Below, one piece after another: positions 38,564 through 48,622 of a stretch of 64,000 bases of DNA. Each line of letters starts with the position of its first letter. The first letter of the stretch is position 1. The translations under genes and the position numbers were made by a program. The notes under the pieces were generated by a model, which saw nothing but the letters and a program-made list of their open reading frames with translations, ran no database searches and was not told the origin of the DNA. This stretch comes from a virus (Duplodnaviria; Caudoviricetes): IMG/VR virus record IMGVR_UViG_3300029288_000065, positions 160,001 to 224,000 of that record. One strand, written 5' to 3'.

Positions 38564-38881
38564 TCAAGAAGCGTCCTGCCGCTGCGCTTTCTCTCTTGTC
38601 TCTGTAGCAGATAAATCTGGTATAACTATCTCACCAGAAAAGAAAGCAACATCCTCAATCCAAACCCCCTTACGCCAAGGAGATAAATCATTTCGACTAG
38701 ATTCTTTCAAATAACCAATAAAACTCTCAAACTCTTCATAGTTACCACGTTCATATTTATACCAATAATTTCTGAGAACTTCTCTTATTTCATTCTCAGT
38801 CGGTTCCCTATCAAATATGGCAAGATTTATTTTCTCTTGCCAATCTTGCCCGCATATTACTAATAATTTTTGATATTTCAC
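38564..38881 (-). CDS. hypothetical protein
   Basis: tiling. Confidence 0.55.
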   Translation of the reverse strand: MKYQKLLVICGQDWQEKINLAIFDREPTENEIREVLRNYWYKYERGNYEEFESFIGYLKESSRNDLSPWRKGVWIEDVAFFSGEIVIPDLSATETREKAQRQDAS

Positions 38882-39189
38882 CAGATTTCCTCATGGTGTT
38901 TCCAGGTGTTACGACCCATATCTTCATCAAATTCAACTTTGACCTTGTTATCTTTCAGAACTGTGACGAAACTACTATAGGTGATTTTGTTTCCTTTTTC
39001 CTGATCATAATAATTTACTCTGAAGCAATGTGGGAAGAGCCAATTAATCTTCCTGATATAGCCCCACCGTTCTGGGAAGTGAGATTCAACTAGCTTAGTA
39101 GCGGCAATTTTTTCTTTCTCTTCCGCAGTTGGTTCTGGCGTCTTGACGGCTTTTGGTACTTTGGGTTCTGGAACAGTTGCTGTGCTCAT
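38878..39189 (-). CDS. hypothetical protein
   Basis: tiling. Confidence 0.6.
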   Translation of the reverse strand: MSTATVPEPKVPKAVKTPEPTAEEKEKIAATKLVESHFPERWGYIRKINWLFPHCFRVNYYDQEKGNKITYSSFVTVLKDNKVKVEFDEDMGRNTWKHHEEIW

Positions 39190-39230
39190 GATTTATCTAC
39201 CCCTTTGACCTTTGGTTGGGAGGGTATATT

Positions 39231-39602
39231 TTATGATCTAAAGTGGAAAATTAGTTGTTTCCAATATGGGTATTCCTTTAACTTCTCTACTACATCAAAT
39301 ATATGGTTCAATTGTTCTGGAGTAATCTTATATGTCTTCATTGCTTCTTCGATTTTTTCTAGCCAATATTTATGGCTGAAAGTTTCCCAGGTAATATTTG
39401 GGTCTTTCTTATCTTCTTCATAACCCCAGGCACAACCATCTGTGTGGTTGTATTGGCAGAAAAGTTCGTGTGCGCGTTCTGCCAATTTCCTAAGTGGGAG
39501 TCGCCGTTGGGTTCTCTCTTCTCTGAGTTCTTCAGCGAGCTTTTCTTCAAGTTCCTTGACCTTTTCTCTTGCTTTGTCGAGTTCGTTGGAAGTTTCTGTC
39601 AT
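39231..39602 (-). CDS. hypothetical protein
   Basis: coiled coil then H...C..NH.DGC.W..E. Confidence 0.6.
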   Translation of the reverse strand: MTETSNELDKAREKVKELEEKLAEELREERTQRRLPLRKLAERAHELFCQYNHTDGCAWGYEEDKKDPNITWETFSHKYWLEKIEEAMKTYKITPEQLNHIFDVVEKLKEYPYWKQLIFHFRS

Positions 39603-40348
39603 TCTTCGTCCTTTTTCTTTTCTCTGAGGCTTAGTTTGTTGTATAGCTCGATAGCCGCTGTGATAACTACTTTATCATTCGTCGTCAAAGCGCCTTTCAC
39701 AGTCCGTGTTTGTCGCAATACTTCCTGATCAGTGCCGAAGAATTTGGCATGCACAGGAATCCATGTTGTCACTTCTGGATTTACAGCAGCCAAGAAGTGC
39801 CCATATCTACCTTCAATATGAACAAGATACCATACATCGGCATTTGCAATTGTAATATATTCATGCGAAACTGAAGTCCCCGAGATAGCCACCAACTTCT
39901 TAACTTGAGCGTAATTACAGGCATCACTCCAGGACGCGTATCCACTCTTGTTTGTGTAAATTGTTGATTTGACAAAACTATATCTGTTGGTAATCTCTCT
40001 GATCGTCTCTGGTTTCTTATAATTATCAATGAATTCAAGTTGTTCCTTCCAGGTGGTATGCGTACAATTTCCATTTATATATGTCCAACTCTTAATCTTC
40101 TTATACCCACCGGTATCATCCATATAGAAGACATCAACACCATCGTTTTCACTGTCTCCCCTTACCGAAATACCTTCTCTTGTAGCTTTCCAATAAAATC
40201 TATAGTCTCTCTCACTAACAATAGTAATTTCAAACCCACGCTTTTCCAAAAGATTTAGAATATTAACAATTTTGGTGTGTATAAACCTGTCAGTGCCCAA
40301 TATTCCTGCTTTCTTGTTTAGTCCAGAGACTTGTTCTCTCCAAGTCAT
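39599..40348 (-). CDS. hypothetical protein, paralog family with 40730 and 49843
   Basis: shared C-terminal pattern (WY...I; L...D...I..AIE). Confidence 0.6.
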   Translation of the reverse strand: MTWREQVSGLNKKAGILGTDRFIHTKIVNILNLLEKRGFEITIVSERDYRFYWKATREGISVRGDSENDGVDVFYMDDTGGYKKIKSWTYINGNCTHTTWKEQLEFIDNYKKPETIREITNRYSFVKSTIYTNKSGYASWSDACNYAQVKKLVAISGTSVSHEYITIANADVWYLVHIEGRYGHFLAAVNPEVTTWIPVHAKFFGTDQEVLRQTRTVKGALTTNDKVVITAAIELYNKLSLREKKKDEE

Positions 40349-40740
40349 TTCTTTTTCTTCTCCTCAATATCCTCGTTCATCTTCTCTCTAATTTGAGCCA
40401 ATACAATCTCAGCATTAGCTATTGGGAATTTCTGATGCAATCTAAAAGTCCCAGTGCTCATTTCCGTATAATTGATAAATTCACCTCGCGTAACATCAAT
40501 CCAAACGTTATTATAATCCTCCGTGTACGGCATCAACCAACCTTTGTCCTTCTTCCCAGTCATGACTGTTACTGCACAATGGATAGACAGAACACATTCT
40601 GGGTCGCTCCATTCCCTGTCAGCGTAGAGCGTGATTTTTCGGACTTCAGTGATATACCATTTCCCGATCTTGAATCCTGGTGTGAAGTTATATTTCTTAA
40701 TATCACCATAATCGATCTTGTCAAACACTTTAGTCTTCAC
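40345..40740 (-). CDS. hypothetical protein (EWSDP variant)
   Basis: GAGG RBS, GTG start. Confidence 0.55.
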   Translation of the reverse strand: MKTKVFDKIDYGDIKKYNFTPGFKIGKWYITEVRKITLYADREWSDPECVLSIHCAVTVMTGKKDKGWLMPYTEDYNNVWIDVTRGEFINYTEMSTGTFRLHQKFPIANAEIVLAQIREKMNEDIEEKKKK

Positions 40741-41578
40741 GTTTCACCTCTATCTTATGCCATTCTTCAATGGCTCTCTTAATAAGACTCTGATCCGTTG
40801 CATTTAATATATTATCTTGGTGGACTACGGGAGAAACTCTATAAACTTTTCCAGTCGTGAAGAATGTTAGATATTTCTCACCATCAGTAATTATTTCAAG
40901 ATTTGGATATATTCTACAGAAATACCATGGCTTCTCGTTGGGCTTCTGCAAATCAGCTGTGTTTACAACACCATCAGTGCCGATTGCAACCAACATGTGG
41001 ACGCGTACACTTTTGATTTTTCTGGCATCACCAACCGATATAGTTTTTACTGTCTTGTTATTCAAAGGACAATATTCAGATTCAATCTGGGAAATAAAAA
41101 GACCTGCTTTATTGAATTCTGTCGCATCTGGGAGATATCTATTCTCTTCACAGATCCTCTTACACAGGTTCATTAGCGTGGGGACCTTCCCTTCCAAAAT
41201 ATTAATACCATCTAATGTCATTTCGAAATATCTCTCATACCCACTTCCCTTACTTCTACCAAATAATTCCCATCTTGGATGTAGTACACAGTTCCTTAAT
41301 GAAAATTCCTTGAATCTTGCAATCATAGAAATTTCATAATCCATACCATATAACAAATCGCTTGGATTTGTTGGGGCTTCTGGTAGTTTATCATTCAATT
41401 TAATATCAAAACCAAATTCATCCAAAATTTCCAATAATTCTAATTTAAATTCGAACTTATCCTTTAGATCTACAAGTCTTTTCTTTTTATCTTGGTCATC
41501 CAAAGATGATTTTCTAATAAAATTAAGATATCTCTCTTTTATTACGTCGTAATCACTTCTCCACTTTTTGCGTTCCAT
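40730..41578 (-). CDS. hypothetical protein, paralog of 39599/49843
   Basis: ADLQKPNEKPWYFCRI; likely start MERKKW. Confidence 0.6.
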   Translation of the reverse strand: MERKKWRSDYDVIKERYLNFIRKSSLDDQDKKKRLVDLKDKFEFKLELLEILDEFGFDIKLNDKLPEAPTNPSDLLYGMDYEISMIARFKEFSLRNCVLHPRWELFGRSKGSGYERYFEMTLDGINILEGKVPTLMNLCKRICEENRYLPDATEFNKAGLFISQIESEYCPLNNKTVKTISVGDARKIKSVRVHMLVAIGTDGVVNTADLQKPNEKPWYFCRIYPNLEIITDGEKYLTFFTTGKVYRVSPVVHQDNILNATDQSLIKRAIEEWHKIEVKRED

Positions 41579-42626
41579 CTTCTTTTTCTCTCCATGCCTT
41601 GATGTGAGTTTCAAAGACCCAATTGACAAATTCATCGTTGTCTGAAAGGGCCTCGTCAATCCTATAGGTCTTATGTATAGAATGTAAATTATTGGGATCA
41701 CCCAAAACGGTCGCTTTATCGAAATCATAAGTATTATTATACTTCTCATCGTCACGAACTATATAAATTTTATCTTTCGGATTATTAACACTTTTACAAT
41801 AACCAAAGATTTTTCTATTTCCATTCCCCATATCGAATGCCAAGAATACGTAGAGATCAAGATTTGGATCACATAATTCATCTTTGGTAATGAGATGAAG
41901 TGTTTTACCCTCTTTTCTCATAAGAATGAGAGAAAATTCTTTATTCTCGGCGAAGATACTCTTATTTAGAGGTAATGCTGATACTTTTTGGAAGATTTCT
42001 GTTCCATTTGCTTTTATAAAATCAAACACTATATTTATATAATTCATGAATATCAATGACACGTTCGGAGGATCTGCCTCATCACAACTTGGAGACATAG
42101 TATTAATGTCTTTAGCTAATTCATCCTTGGTCTTCTGGAACAAAATATCATCTCGATTAAAGAACAACCTCATGTATTGGGTATGAGAATTCCTAGCAGT
42201 AACTCCAAACCATACATATCTAGTATATCCAAGATTTGCATATTTACATTTCCCTGTTGTAAATCCAATATACTTGAATTCACCAGGTTTTGGTTTTTTC
42301 TCAGACAAGATTAATTTGTGTTTATCATGGAGGACTTTATATTCAACTAAATAATCTTTGAAAGCAGCAATTACTTCATCCAGCCATCCTCTGATATCTT
42401 CAATTTCCCAAAACTTACAAGTGTGCTTGAACATTTCTTCACGATGATTTAATGTAAGGGAAAATCCCATTCTATTTTCATAATCAATATGATATGAAAA
42501 ATTGGTATATTTTAATTCATCCTTTATAACTTGTATCCTTGTTTGTAATGTTTTATTTAGAATACGATCAATATCTCTGACACTCCATGGTTTTGTCAAG
42601 TTCCGTACGATGTTTTTGTCTTCCAT
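41553..42626 (-). CDS. DP-motif family protein (multi-domain)
   Basis: DELCDPNLD; AGGAG RBS. Confidence 0.6.
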   Translation of the reverse strand: MEDKNIVRNLTKPWSVRDIDRILNKTLQTRIQVIKDELKYTNFSYHIDYENRMGFSLTLNHREEMFKHTCKFWEIEDIRGWLDEVIAAFKDYLVEYKVLHDKHKLILSEKKPKPGEFKYIGFTTGKCKYANLGYTRYVWFGVTARNSHTQYMRLFFNRDDILFQKTKDELAKDINTMSPSCDEADPPNVSLIFMNYINIVFDFIKANGTEIFQKVSALPLNKSIFAENKEFSLILMRKEGKTLHLITKDELCDPNLDLYVFLAFDMGNGNRKIFGYCKSVNNPKDKIYIVRDDEKYNNTYDFDKATVLGDPNNLHSIHKTYRIDEALSDNDEFVNWVFETHIKAWREKEDGTQKVEK

Positions 42627-42646
42627 TGTATCTCCTATTTGTATTC

Positions 42647-43042
42647 TTATTTGAATGTACTCAATAATTCTTGTCTTTTCTTTATTGAATTTAATAATTC
42701 ATTGTTTCTAAAATTGACATATTCAATTGTGAATTCTTTTACAAAAAGAATAACTTTTTTGAAGAATTCTGGGTCTGCAATATCTAGAACAGTTTTATAC
42801 TTATCTGTTTTAGTTGGGTAATGTCCATCAACATTGGTATTATTGTTAATCCAAATTTCAACTGTACCACCGTTAATAAGTATAGTAATACAAATACGAT
42901 CGGCTTCCGGCTCACCCAAAGCAATTTCACAACTAACATATTTTTCGTATGCGACAGAATAACATTTATCACAAAAATATTCATCCAAATTCTTCTTGAT
43001 TTCTATCAAAACCTTTCTTTCATCTGACATTTTGTTGTACAT
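42647..43042 (-). CDS. DP-motif family protein
   Basis: VLDIADPEFFKKV. Confidence 0.65.
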   Translation of the reverse strand: MYNKMSDERKVLIEIKKNLDEYFCDKCYSVAYEKYVSCEIALGEPEADRICITILINGGTVEIWINNNTNVDGHYPTKTDKYKTVLDIADPEFFKKVILFVKEFTIEYVNFRNNELLNSIKKRQELLSTFK

Positions 43043-43071
43043 TCAACCTCCGTCCGATCAGGGATTCACTT

Positions 43072-43101
43072 CCGCCCCCTCCAACGCCGCAGAGGAGGCG
43101 G
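43072..43101. terminator. GC-rich intergenic hairpin
   Basis: CCGCCCCCTC/GAGGAGGCGG stem with one mismatch. Confidence 0.45.
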
Positions 43102-43108
43102 CTTAGAA

Positions 43109-43420
43109 TCACTGGTCTTGTTTAGCCTGTTCTTGGATAATTACATCACCCTGAAGAACGCCAAATTTACTTTCCTCTCGAAAATGATATGTCTGCGGTT
43201 TCTCCCCAGGTTCCGCCTCCCTGGTAACAAACCACAAACTGGCAGGTTCTTTCCAGGTTACATTTACGAATTTCTCACCTGGCTTGAGCGTAACCGTGAG
43301 TGAACCACCCCATTCCTTAGCACGTCTACTGGCAGGCATCCATAGGCTAAACACAAGCCAGAAAACGCCTATAAACACTACTATACCGCATAATACCAAA
43401 ACCAAATCTTTAAATTTCAT
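43109..43420 (-). CDS. membrane-anchored protein
   Basis: N-terminal TM helix; WGG...L.PG.K..NVTWK...LW. Confidence 0.65.
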   Translation of the reverse strand: MKFKDLVLVLCGIVVFIGVFWLVFSLWMPASRRAKEWGGSLTVTLKPGEKFVNVTWKEPASLWFVTREAEPGEKPQTYHFREESKFGVLQGDVIIQEQAKQDQ

Positions 43421-45138
43421 GTCGTCTTCTTCCTCCTACTCTTCTTCTGGCACTCGACGCACCTCTTGACCTGGTGGACATCTTGAGGCTTTACCTCACG
43501 CTGTGCACCACAATCAATACAGGTAATGAAAAGACTCTTTGTCGGAAGGACCTTCTGTTCTGCAGCATGAGGGATCTGATCCTTATACTTGAATATGACC
43601 ATAGCCAATTTTCCTGCAATTTCTTCCAGACTATCAACAAAATTCATGTCGTGTTCTGATGCCTTGTTGTGTGCCAACTCATGGCACAATATACCAAGGT
43701 TCCTGGAACACAGTGGTTTGCTGAAATCTGTTGTTTCCTTCGTATTCCAGCTAACGAAGCATTTCTCTTCGTTGGCCTTGAAATGAGCAATCATAGCACG
43801 ACCAGTATGGTCGCGTTCCTGAATAAAGAAATCAACTTCTACGTTCCGTTCCAGAACCTTTTCGCTCAAGAATTTGATAACCTCAGCGAACTTCTTCTGG
43901 TCATCGGTAAGTGTAGTGACCGATTCCATTTTGTTCTTGGCGATTTCGGTCGAAACCTCCTCAGAATTCTTGACATATTTGGCAACTGCCTCAGTAATAG
44001 AAGCTGCCATGTGTTTGACATCCAGAAGCGAATATCCGTGTTGAGCTGCAACGTCATTCGCTTTCCGGTTCTCAGTCTTGATTACCATAAGTTTGCCATC
44101 TGTAATCTTGTCAACGACTCTCTTCTTCACCTCTTCAGTTGTCCATCCCATACCTTGGATTACCCATTCTTCCTTGGCAATCTCATTGGAATTAATATTA
44201 TCAATCTCATACTTCAGCACCTGACCGAAGAGATATTTAAGATACCATTCACTGACGGTATCCCGATTGTCGTTCAGTGGGACACGTTGCTGAACATCTA
44301 CATGCCAAGGAGCCACGATCTTCTGGATCGGTACTCCCATTTCGAAAAGCCAAGATTCACCCTTCTTGGACTTCCGAATGACAACATCGGTAATTCGGTA
44401 TTCATTTTTCTGAACACCCTGAACGATTACCTGAGTTTCAAGACAGAGACCACGGTAGGTCGTGATTGCATCTGGACGACGAACTTCCTTACCATTGATC
44501 TTGAGGATGAGATTCTCCGGAGGAATTACCTTTTTGAGATATTCAATGGCATCTTCCGGATTCTTCCAGGTATCCAGAGAGGACCAGATTTCTACTTTGG
44601 TTCCTACTGTCCTGGTATTTTTACATTCTTTTCGACCGTCCTTGTCGAATTCGATTGTCAGTCCGATGGTTTCGACGATGGCACGGTCTGCAGCGGAGAT
44701 CAACTCTTTGAGGCCACGACCTTTTCGGCCTCGTTTGGTGGGTTGGTCTTCTTTGTCTGTCATGAATACAGTGGTGATTAGAGAAGGGTCGCTGAAGCCG
44801 TGTTTGCTGTTGTCGCAGATGATGACGTGACCTTGTTCGAGAGTCACTTCTGCGAGGGTGGCATCTTCCAGGTCCAGGACATTGGAGATGCCTTCTCTGA
44901 TGAGGAAGGACATGCTTCGTCCTGCATTGAGACGACGCCAGCCGTCGTTGCTGATTTCAAACCAGGTTTTACTGGTCTTGATTTCTTCAGCTTTGGGTTG
45001 TTCCACAGGCGCTTCCGCCACCATTACTTCCTTTTTCTCGACTTCGAACGTCTCCTCCTTGATGGGAGGGATGGGGAGATCATCGTTGGGTGGTGGAATT
45101 CCAAGATCGTCTTGGGGGATTGGGGGAATGTCACTCAT
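43417..45138 (-). CDS. GHKL ATPase + HExxH metallopeptidase-like + Zn-ribbon protein
   Basis: REGISNVLD, DN..GF, RGRKGRGLK, GTKV; HELAH...H...F; CIDC...CVEC. Confidence 0.7.
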   Translation of the reverse strand: MSDIPPIPQDDLGIPPPNDDLPIPPIKEETFEVEKKEVMVAEAPVEQPKAEEIKTSKTWFEISNDGWRRLNAGRSMSFLIREGISNVLDLEDATLAEVTLEQGHVIICDNSKHGFSDPSLITTVFMTDKEDQPTKRGRKGRGLKELISAADRAIVETIGLTIEFDKDGRKECKNTRTVGTKVEIWSSLDTWKNPEDAIEYLKKVIPPENLILKINGKEVRRPDAITTYRGLCLETQVIVQGVQKNEYRITDVVIRKSKKGESWLFEMGVPIQKIVAPWHVDVQQRVPLNDNRDTVSEWYLKYLFGQVLKYEIDNINSNEIAKEEWVIQGMGWTTEEVKKRVVDKITDGKLMVIKTENRKANDVAAQHGYSLLDVKHMAASITEAVAKYVKNSEEVSTEIAKNKMESVTTLTDDQKKFAEVIKFLSEKVLERNVEVDFFIQERDHTGRAMIAHFKANEEKCFVSWNTKETTDFSKPLCSRNLGILCHELAHNKASEHDMNFVDSLEEIAGKLAMVIFKYKDQIPHAAEQKVLPTKSLFITCIDCGAQREVKPQDVHQVKRCVECQKKSRRKKTT

Positions 45139-45482
45139 TAAAAACTCCTTGCCGTTCTTCGGGGCATGCTTAGAATATCCTGGAGGAATTTTACTCCTCC
45201 TCGTTCGATTAGGAAGACAAATGCGTCGTCCATTGTATCGAACTTTTTAGTCCCTTGAATTTTGAAGGTTGCATCTCCGATGTGTGGGATTGCATCTTCA
45301 TATTGTCCGACTTGGAGTGCTGCTTTTCCGTTTGCTAGGTAGACGTGTGCGTAATGTCCTTTTTCTCCTCCTATGTAGAGTAGCAAGTCCCTGTTTTGGT
45401 CGGAGTGGATTCGATCCACTCTCCAGTGATCTTTACTCTTTGCTGTTTCTTCTTTCCAGGATTTTGCTTCTTCTGGGGTCAT
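45138..45482 (-). CDS. hypothetical protein
   Basis: tiling. Confidence 0.6.
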   Translation of the reverse strand: MTPEEAKSWKEETAKSKDHWRVDRIHSDQNRDLLLYIGGEKGHYAHVYLANGKAALQVGQYEDAIPHIGDATFKIQGTKKFDTMDDAFVFLIERGGVKFLQDILSMPRRTARSF

Positions 45483-45694
45483 TCAAATGCTCTCCACTTG
45501 TAGCCGCATGATTGTATAAGTTCATCGAGTGCTCCTGATGCATCAAAAAGGTCACTACATACTTTCTGATCCCAGTTCTGTTCTACTGCTAGGTCATATA
45601 ATTCCTTGACTTTTTGTGCTCGTTTGATTATTTCATCTGCGTTTCTGGAAAGGTTTTCATGCATTTCGATTTGTAGGTCTTTCATTGCACCCAT
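45479..45694 (-). CDS. hypothetical protein
   Basis: GAGG RBS. Confidence 0.55.
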   Translation of the reverse strand: MGAMKDLQIEMHENLSRNADEIIKRAQKVKELYDLAVEQNWDQKVCSDLFDASGALDELIQSCGYKWRAFE

Positions 45695-45696
45695 AA

Positions 45697-45915
45697 TTAT
45701 CCTCTGAAACTTCTGGCTTCAACTGCTTTGTCTATAATTGCCTGTGCGACTTTTACTGCTGTTTCTGGTGGCAAGCCAATCCAAGATATTTGTTTTCCGA
45801 AGTTGATAATTACGTTTCCATTATAAGTTGTTATTCCGATATTTAGTTCTCCTTCATCTCCAGGTGTTAATTTCCCTTCTGGGAATTTTCCTGTTGGGCC
45901 TGGTTCTTCAGCCAT
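45697..45915 (-). CDS. hypothetical phage protein
   Basis: GPTGKFPEGKL...DEGEL...FGK...WIG. Confidence 0.65.
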   Translation of the reverse strand: MAEEPGPTGKFPEGKLTPGDEGELNIGITTYNGNVIINFGKQISWIGLPPETAVKVAQAIIDKAVEARSFRG

Positions 45916-45917
45916 TT

Positions 45918-46085
45918 CTATTCCTCGTCGTCTATTGAGATCTCATCAAAACAATAAACTAGTACAAACATGGCCCAAAAAGCAGCTGCCCACCAGATTT
46001 GGAAGTATACAAACAATCCAACAGGAACAGCGTTGGTGGCTGCCTGAAACCACCGATTTCCTTCACTCCACTTCTTTTTCCGCAT
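45918..46085 (-). CDS. small membrane protein (55 aa, not in ORF track)
   Basis: GAGGAG RBS; MRKKKWSEGNRWFQAATNAVPVGLFVYFQIWWAAAFWAMFVLVYCFDEISIDDEE. Confidence 0.6.
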   Translation of the reverse strand: MRKKKWSEGNRWFQAATNAVPVGLFVYFQIWWAAAFWAMFVLVYCFDEISIDDEE

Positions 46086-46338
46086 CTTTCTCCTCTACAA
46101 GTGAGTCAATAACCTTCTTTGTCTTCATTATCTGGTTATTGACTCGCTTCTCTTTCGCCAACACACGTACCTCATTGGTCAGAAGTCTTGAAATTTCCAT
46201 ATTTCGTTCGTGGATTGCTTTTTCGAAATGATTCCCAGCCATACCCAATAAAATGAATGATTCTGCGACTGTTTCACCTTCCCAGACTTGGCGAACATAC
46301 CCAAGTCCTTCTGGAATCTCGCAAACCAGTTTGACCAT
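46063..46338 (-). CDS. hypothetical protein
   Basis: tiling. Confidence 0.55.
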   Translation of the reverse strand: MVKLVCEIPEGLGYVRQVWEGETVAESFILLGMAGNHFEKAIHERNMEISRLLTNEVRVLAKEKRVNNQIMKTKKVIDSLVEEKDAEKEVE

Positions 46339-46707
46339 TTATTTCTCGCCTTCGCAGAGATCCTTGTACTTGTCAGAAACTGCCTTTAGATCCTTAATAA
46401 CCTCAGTCGCTCGACCTATATCGAAATTCGGATCAGTAATGTTGAATACTAATTTCTTGCCAACTTCATAATGCTTATTTTCTGGATGATATTTGGCCAC
46501 CAAAAGTGTTTCTTTTTGATCGAAAATTATATAAAGGTTTTGAGTAATGAGTCCACGACATGAGATCATAAGATGATCTTCGTCAGTACCATTCCATACT
46601 TTCCTGATCTTAATCTTTTGCAATACAGTCGTGACACCATAGGACTTAATGGTGTCACGAATGTTCTCCATGAGCGTGCGGTTGAGATTCTCTTCCTTCT
46701 TAGCCAT
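46339..46707 (-). CDS. DP-motif family protein
   Basis: VFNITDPNFDI. Confidence 0.6.
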   Translation of the reverse strand: MAKKEENLNRTLMENIRDTIKSYGVTTVLQKIKIRKVWNGTDEDHLMISCRGLITQNLYIIFDQKETLLVAKYHPENKHYEVGKKLVFNITDPNFDIGRATEVIKDLKAVSDKYKDLCEGEK

Positions 46708-48025
46708 TAACCGTCATGTCCACGCAATTACCCCATTCAGGAGCCTTCGCCTTCTCTCCCGTTTTCTCACGAGCAATCACGAAGATCATCGGGAAAGCAC
46801 GCTTCTCAGGCCAATTACAATAACCATCGGTCAGCATGATACACGCATTCCCGATCAAACCCTGATCTTCCAACCATTTCACAGGAGCCGCCATGTCGGT
46901 ACCCCCACGACCTCGGACCTGGATACGCTTCCAATCACCGCGACGATACCTTCCATACCCCTGGAAGGCATGGTCCCATTGGAGTACATTGACCTTGGCA
47001 CGATAGCAGACTGCCTCGATTTCAGTAAAGAATTGCTCCAGCATCCGGCTGCTCACTGAACCAGAAGTATCAACCACTACCGAGACCGTACAAGCAGCAT
47101 GATGGGAGATTCCCGGTTTCCCAAAGAAATCATGACGCCGATTCCGTCGAGAATAAGTCCACCTCCGATTACCAACATAAGTTCCCATCAGACGGCGGAG
47201 AAGTTCTTTCCACCGAACGACGGGCTTATCCAGAGATTTAAGGATTTCCTTCAGGTGACCAGGAACATGACCTTGGCTCTTCTGGCTGGCCTGGTCACAG
47301 ATGTCCTTGACCACCTGGCGGGCTTCGTCTTCACTGACGTCACTCTGGCCCCAGGTACTGTGATCATCAACGGTATCCCCGAATCCGTCATTGGGTGCGC
47401 CGCCGTCACCAGAACCAGGTTCGTTACTTTCTTCCTCGCCCTGCCCTTGGCCCTGACCCTGTTTCTGCTGTTGTTTCTGTTTGCCTTTCCCGCCACCACC
47501 TTGTGGCTGGCCTTGGCCCTTTCCCTTCCCTTGCTTCTTTCCTTGCGGACCCATCTCGTTCTGTTCCAGCATTTTGTAATATTCTTCTGCAGATAGACTT
47601 TCGTCTACATCACTTGGGCAGTAGATCATGTCTTCTGCTGGCGGGAGGACTTTGCCTTTCTCTTTATATCCTACTCGTGGGTTGTTCTCGCGGCCATTGA
47701 CTGACATGTCTGCCGCGACACCCCAAGTTCGCCGATCCCGTCCACCGGTCCTTACTGGGTGGAGTCGGACGAGGTGTTCGATCAGGTGCTGGACTTGTCC
47801 ATATAGTTCTTTGAGGTTGTGTTTTGCCACGAATGGGGGATAGAAGAGGGCTTGGATTACGCCTCCCTGGACGATTCGGATTCCAAGCTTTCGCTTGCTT
47901 TCGTCGGGGATCCAGCTCATTTGGTTGGGGATCCATTCCATGGACATGGCGACGTGGCCATACCATGGCTCGCGGACCATCAGCCGGCACCTTGCTTCCA
48001 TGAGTTTGTCACTGGTTTCACTCAT
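46700..48025 (-). CDS. DUF2201-like peptidase-domain + VWA protein
   Basis: AR..L....PWYG, W.VAAD..VN, Q/G linker, DDH..W, VDTSGS MIDAS, GRGGTD, TDG. Confidence 0.85.
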   Translation of the reverse strand: MSETSDKLMEARCRLMVREPWYGHVAMSMEWIPNQMSWIPDESKRKLGIRIVQGGVIQALFYPPFVAKHNLKELYGQVQHLIEHLVRLHPVRTGGRDRRTWGVAADMSVNGRENNPRVGYKEKGKVLPPAEDMIYCPSDVDESLSAEEYYKMLEQNEMGPQGKKQGKGKGQGQPQGGGGKGKQKQQQKQGQGQGQGEEESNEPGSGDGGAPNDGFGDTVDDHSTWGQSDVSEDEARQVVKDICDQASQKSQGHVPGHLKEILKSLDKPVVRWKELLRRLMGTYVGNRRWTYSRRNRRHDFFGKPGISHHAACTVSVVVDTSGSVSSRMLEQFFTEIEAVCYRAKVNVLQWDHAFQGYGRYRRGDWKRIQVRGRGGTDMAAPVKWLEDQGLIGNACIMLTDGYCNWPEKRAFPMIFVIAREKTGEKAKAPEWGNCVDMTVNG

Positions 48026-48088
48026 TGTTCGGAAGATCCTTTCTCTGTGTTTTATCTTTTGAGACTTTGGACATAATTCGGTGCGACA

Positions 48089-48601
48089 TTATTTTGTTAG
48101 ATAGTTGATTAAATTTTCGATACTGTTGGGGTCGTTATATTCTCCTTCGAATTTCTTACTTTTGCTGTATATCCTCGCTGTAATCTTTTCATTCCAAAAT
48201 TCTACAGTGGTTGGACTCGCCAAAAACGTTGTTTGCGTTGGTCGAACTTGGAAATTACAAAGCCATGGAGTACTATTATTAAATCTAATTTCACTGCATA
48301 TAAAATTATGTTTCAATAATTCATTCTTTATACCCTCATAGATTTTTCTTAACGTTACTCTTCGCTTCTTTGTTTCTTGCCCTCTCTTTTGTACTGCGTC
48401 CTTCTGTGCTTTTGTAAAGACAGGAGCCATGTCTTTTGGAGGTAATGTTAATGCATTTTCGAATTCTTCTTTGGTTACAATATAAATTTCTCCTGTTGTT
48501 CGGTCACTGCTTAGGCGGATTGCTTCGTCGCCTTTCTTTAATATCTTACCAGTGACGGTTTTGCATTTCGCAGCTACTTTGACAAGTTGGATATATTTCA
48601 T
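48089..48601 (-). CDS. DP-motif family protein
   Basis: GEYNDPNSIENL. Confidence 0.6.
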   Translation of the reverse strand: MKYIQLVKVAAKCKTVTGKILKKGDEAIRLSSDRTTGEIYIVTKEEFENALTLPPKDMAPVFTKAQKDAVQKRGQETKKRRVTLRKIYEGIKNELLKHNFICSEIRFNNSTPWLCNFQVRPTQTTFLASPTTVEFWNEKITARIYSKSKKFEGEYNDPNSIENLINYLTK

Positions 48602-48622
48602 TGGAACCTCCTCTTTTCAGTA

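Noticed and set aside
38505-38580. Hammerhead ribozyme on the plus strand (CTGA...GAAAC)
   Set aside because: The core reads CTGATTT rather than CTGANGA, there is no stem II, and stem III has a mismatch next to the core.
47400-47560. Gln/Gly/Lys-rich repeat
   Set aside because: This is the ordinary low-complexity linker typical of DUF2201-VWA proteins.
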